In this document: piece by piece, positions 61,999 to 64,000 of the stretch
How positions within the stretch are numbered: position 1 is the stretch's first letter
Layout: each line of letters opens with the position of its first letter
Position numbers and translations under genes: made by a program
Notes under the pieces: model-generated
The model's input: only the letters and a program-made list of their open reading frames with translations
Told to the model about the DNA's origin: nothing
The model's database searches: none
NCBI GenBank assembly: GCA_963775685.1
Contig: CAVZJV010000014.1
Span: 1,056,001 to 1,120,000, forward strand
Direction: 5' to 3'
Origin: Candidatus Bathyarchaeota archaeon
Lineage (GTDB): Archaea; Thermoproteota; Bathyarchaeia; Bathyarchaeales; Bathycorpusculaceae
DNA length: 64,000 nt

Positions 61999-63561
61999 CT
62001 ATTTTTTGAACAGTTCTTTATCTTGTATGTACTCTTTTCCCGTTCGCAACGCAACCTCAGCTTTTGTCAGTTCACTGCCCAAGTAAGCCGCGTGATCCAG
62101 CCTCGATACTAAACCCATATCCAAGATTTTATGAAAAACCCGATCAGCCGTTTTTCCCTTGACTACGTCAACGGGTTTATCCATCTGGGCTGAATGGTAG
62201 TGAGCTGCAACCAAGTCGCCTTCAGTACGGTCTAGGAATATTTTGAACATACCCTCAGAATCCAAATTTGCAGCATCAGATTTCTCGGGTGCATCCACAA
62301 CTTTTGCACCAGTTTCAATTTGTTTGTCGTAGGGCTCTTCGTGGAAGTATTTGTCCTTGAGGACAAGAAGGTCGATGCCGAGGTCTTTGGGAACCGAATT
62401 GCGTTTTTTTGCGAGAAACATCATTTTGGTGGCTGCGACTTCTTCGGTTACTGTTCCCTTTGCTTTGTCGCTTTTCTCAGTTGCCAATAGGATGCTGGCA
62501 TTTATTTCTTGGGAGAGGCGTGCAAGCAAAGCGTTAACGCCCACGGAGTCAGCGTCCATAAGCTCGGTCACGTTTGAGACCCCCACGAACAAGGGAACAT
62601 CAGGGTTTCTTTCTGCAAATTCTTTGAAGGCGATGAAAGATTGCAAAATATCTGTGGGTTCAACTATTAAATCTGCAAGGCACCGTTTTACGCCATTTTT
62701 TTTGGCTTCAGTAATGATTTCTTCGAGGAATTTGACGCGGTCGTGGGCAGATTTAGGGAAATATCCTTGGCGCTGGTTAGTGGGAATAACTACAACGGCA
62801 ACTTTTGAGGCGAAGGGAACGATTTCTTTGATATTTCCTGCATCAGCACTGAGAACAAGGTCTGCGCCAGCTTGGATTGCCGCTTTGATTTCTTCTGGGT
62901 CAAGCGTATCTATGCTAACAGGCGTATCTACAACCTGCTTAACCCATTCCACTATCTGCTTGGCTTTATCAGGTTGGGACTCGCCAGCAACCATGCCAAC
63001 ATCAATAATGTCCGCGCCGACCTCAACAAAACGCTTCGCTGTACGCTGAATTGTTTCCTTATCCATGCATGCAGCATCAACGATTTCTGCAAGAACCCTC
63101 ATCGGAAAATCTTTGCCGACTGCCAATTTTCCTATTAGCATGCTTGAGGGTTTTTTGAGTAGTTCATTACGGTTTGCTTCGGTTTTTGCTATTTCTTGCA
63201 ATGCCTTCTCTTTGAGTTTTTCGCGAAGCAAATCATCGGCTGCCACTGTGGTTGAGAGTTCAACTTCACAGAGGGAATCTAAAACAGTTGGAAGGTCAGC
63301 GGCGTACCTTGGACCCTTAAACGCGGGAACTCCTATGGTTTTGGAAATTAGGCGGGTATCTCCTCTGACTAACCCGGGCACCAAAATCATGTTGAAACAG
63401 GTTAATTTCATTTTCTTAATGATGTCGATAATGGTTTGTGGAGTTAAGAAGGCGGCGACGGCAATCTTGAGCGCCAACGTTTCTGTTTCTACGCCGCTTT
63501 CGCTGGCATAGCGCTTAACAGTGTCTTCTGCAAGTGAGCCTGTAATTAGGAGAACTTTCAA
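61999..63561 (-). CDS. Archaeal dihydropteroate-synthase-like protein (methanopterin pathway, MptH-like) with C-terminal DUF4346
   Basis: KVLLITGSLA, GADIIDVG, SIDT, NVTELMDADSVGVN, PKDLGIDLL, HAAYLGSEL.KAE. Confidence 0.88.
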   Translation of the reverse strand: MKVLLITGSLAEDTVKRYASESGVETETLALKIAVAAFLTPQTIIDIIKKMKLTCFNMILVPGLVRGDTRLISKTIGVPAFKGPRYAADLPTVLDSLCEVELSTTVAADDLLREKLKEKALQEIAKTEANRNELLKKPSSMLIGKLAVGKDFPMRVLAEIVDAACMDKETIQRTAKRFVEVGADIIDVGMVAGESQPDKAKQIVEWVKQVVDTPVSIDTLDPEEIKAAIQAGADLVLSADAGNIKEIVPFASKVAVVVIPTNQRQGYFPKSAHDRVKFLEEIITEAKKNGVKRCLADLIVEPTDILQSFIAFKEFAERNPDVPLFVGVSNVTELMDADSVGVNALLARLSQEINASILLATEKSDKAKGTVTEEVAATKMMFLAKKRNSVPKDLGIDLLVLKDKYFHEEPYDKQIETGAKVVDAPEKSDAANLDSEGMFKIFLDRTEGDLVAAHYHSAQMDKPVDVVKGKTADRVFHKILDMGLVSRLDHAAYLGSELTKAEVALRTGKEYIQDKELFKK

Positions 63562-64000
63562 GCCTTTGCCCCGTCGGTTACTTTTATGGTTGCTCCGCGG
63601 TTGTTTGCTCTGGCAATAAAGGCTTCGCCGCCCACTCCTCTACGCAGGTAAGTCTTGACTTTTTTTAGAATATTAGTGGCTTCTTCTTGTTTAACCACCG
63701 CGTAATGGGCTGGTCCCCAAGAACTCTGACCCACACCGTAGGCACCTGCTTTTTTCATAAACTCGACACATTCGGCGGCAACTGGGCTGGCGTAGGTTCC
63801 CCCTTGAGCCTGAGCAAAATGGGTTCCTGTCAGAATTTGGATTTTTGTGACGGCTTCACCAAAGTTTTCGATATCGTGTTCAGTTAAGGCGGGCAGGAGC
63901 TTTAGCATAATTAGGCGGCAGATTTGTCCCACGTCTTCCCCGGGTTGGATTGTTAGTTTTTCAAATGCGCGGTTTTCTTCCGAATTTGATAGTCCTTCTT
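63558..64000 (-). CDS. Beta-ribofuranosylaminobenzene 5'-phosphate synthase (GHMP family, MptG-like), partial
   Basis: MKLLPAL.E.DIE.FG, GVGQSSWGP, ANNRGA; overlaps the next gene by 4 nt. Confidence 0.85.
   Translation of the reverse strand, partial: EGLSNSEENRAFEKLTIQPGEDVGQICRLIMLKLLPALTEHDIENFGEAVTKIQILTGTHFAQAQGGTYASPVAAECVEFMKKAGAYGVGQSSWGPAHYAVVKQEEATNILKKVKTYLRRGVGGEAFIARANNRGATIKVTDGAKA

Noticed and set aside
62351-63511. Long + strand ORFs (232 aa and 148 aa)
   Set aside because: Antisense shadows of the well-supported dihydropteroate-synthase-like gene

Overview
Archaeal chromosomal fragment, most likely Bathyarchaeia. Support: archaeal-type rpl12(P1), rps7 and rps12, Sec11-type signal peptidase, PGI/PMI, methanopterin genes, a large secreted beta-propeller protein, and GAGGTGA-type SD motifs. 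The first ~30 kb is accessory-like: four PIN/VapBC-type toxin-antitoxin loci, many micro-ORFs, two families of dispersed repeats and a minimal PolX cassette. The last ~34 kb is mostly housekeeping and metabolic: tRNA-Ala(GGC), metY-metX-metW, pyrD-pyrK, a glycosyltransferase cluster, a CBS-HPF hibernation factor and a pterin cluster. About ten genes carry small indels, probably long-read assembly errors. The best candidate for an undescribed system is at 3.3-10 kb. It contains a polyprenyl-synthase-fold enzyme that has lost its IPP-binding motifs (ComQ-like), a convergent 88-aa putative precursor ending in ...NNNPWMTGA, a trypsin-like protease, a geranylgeranyl-reductase-family enzyme, an MFS exporter, a MinD-like ATPase and a TIR-TRASH protein. 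Together these suggest an archaeal prenylated-peptide (ComQX-like RiPP/pheromone) pathway. All family assignments come from motif recognition by eye; no database searches were run.
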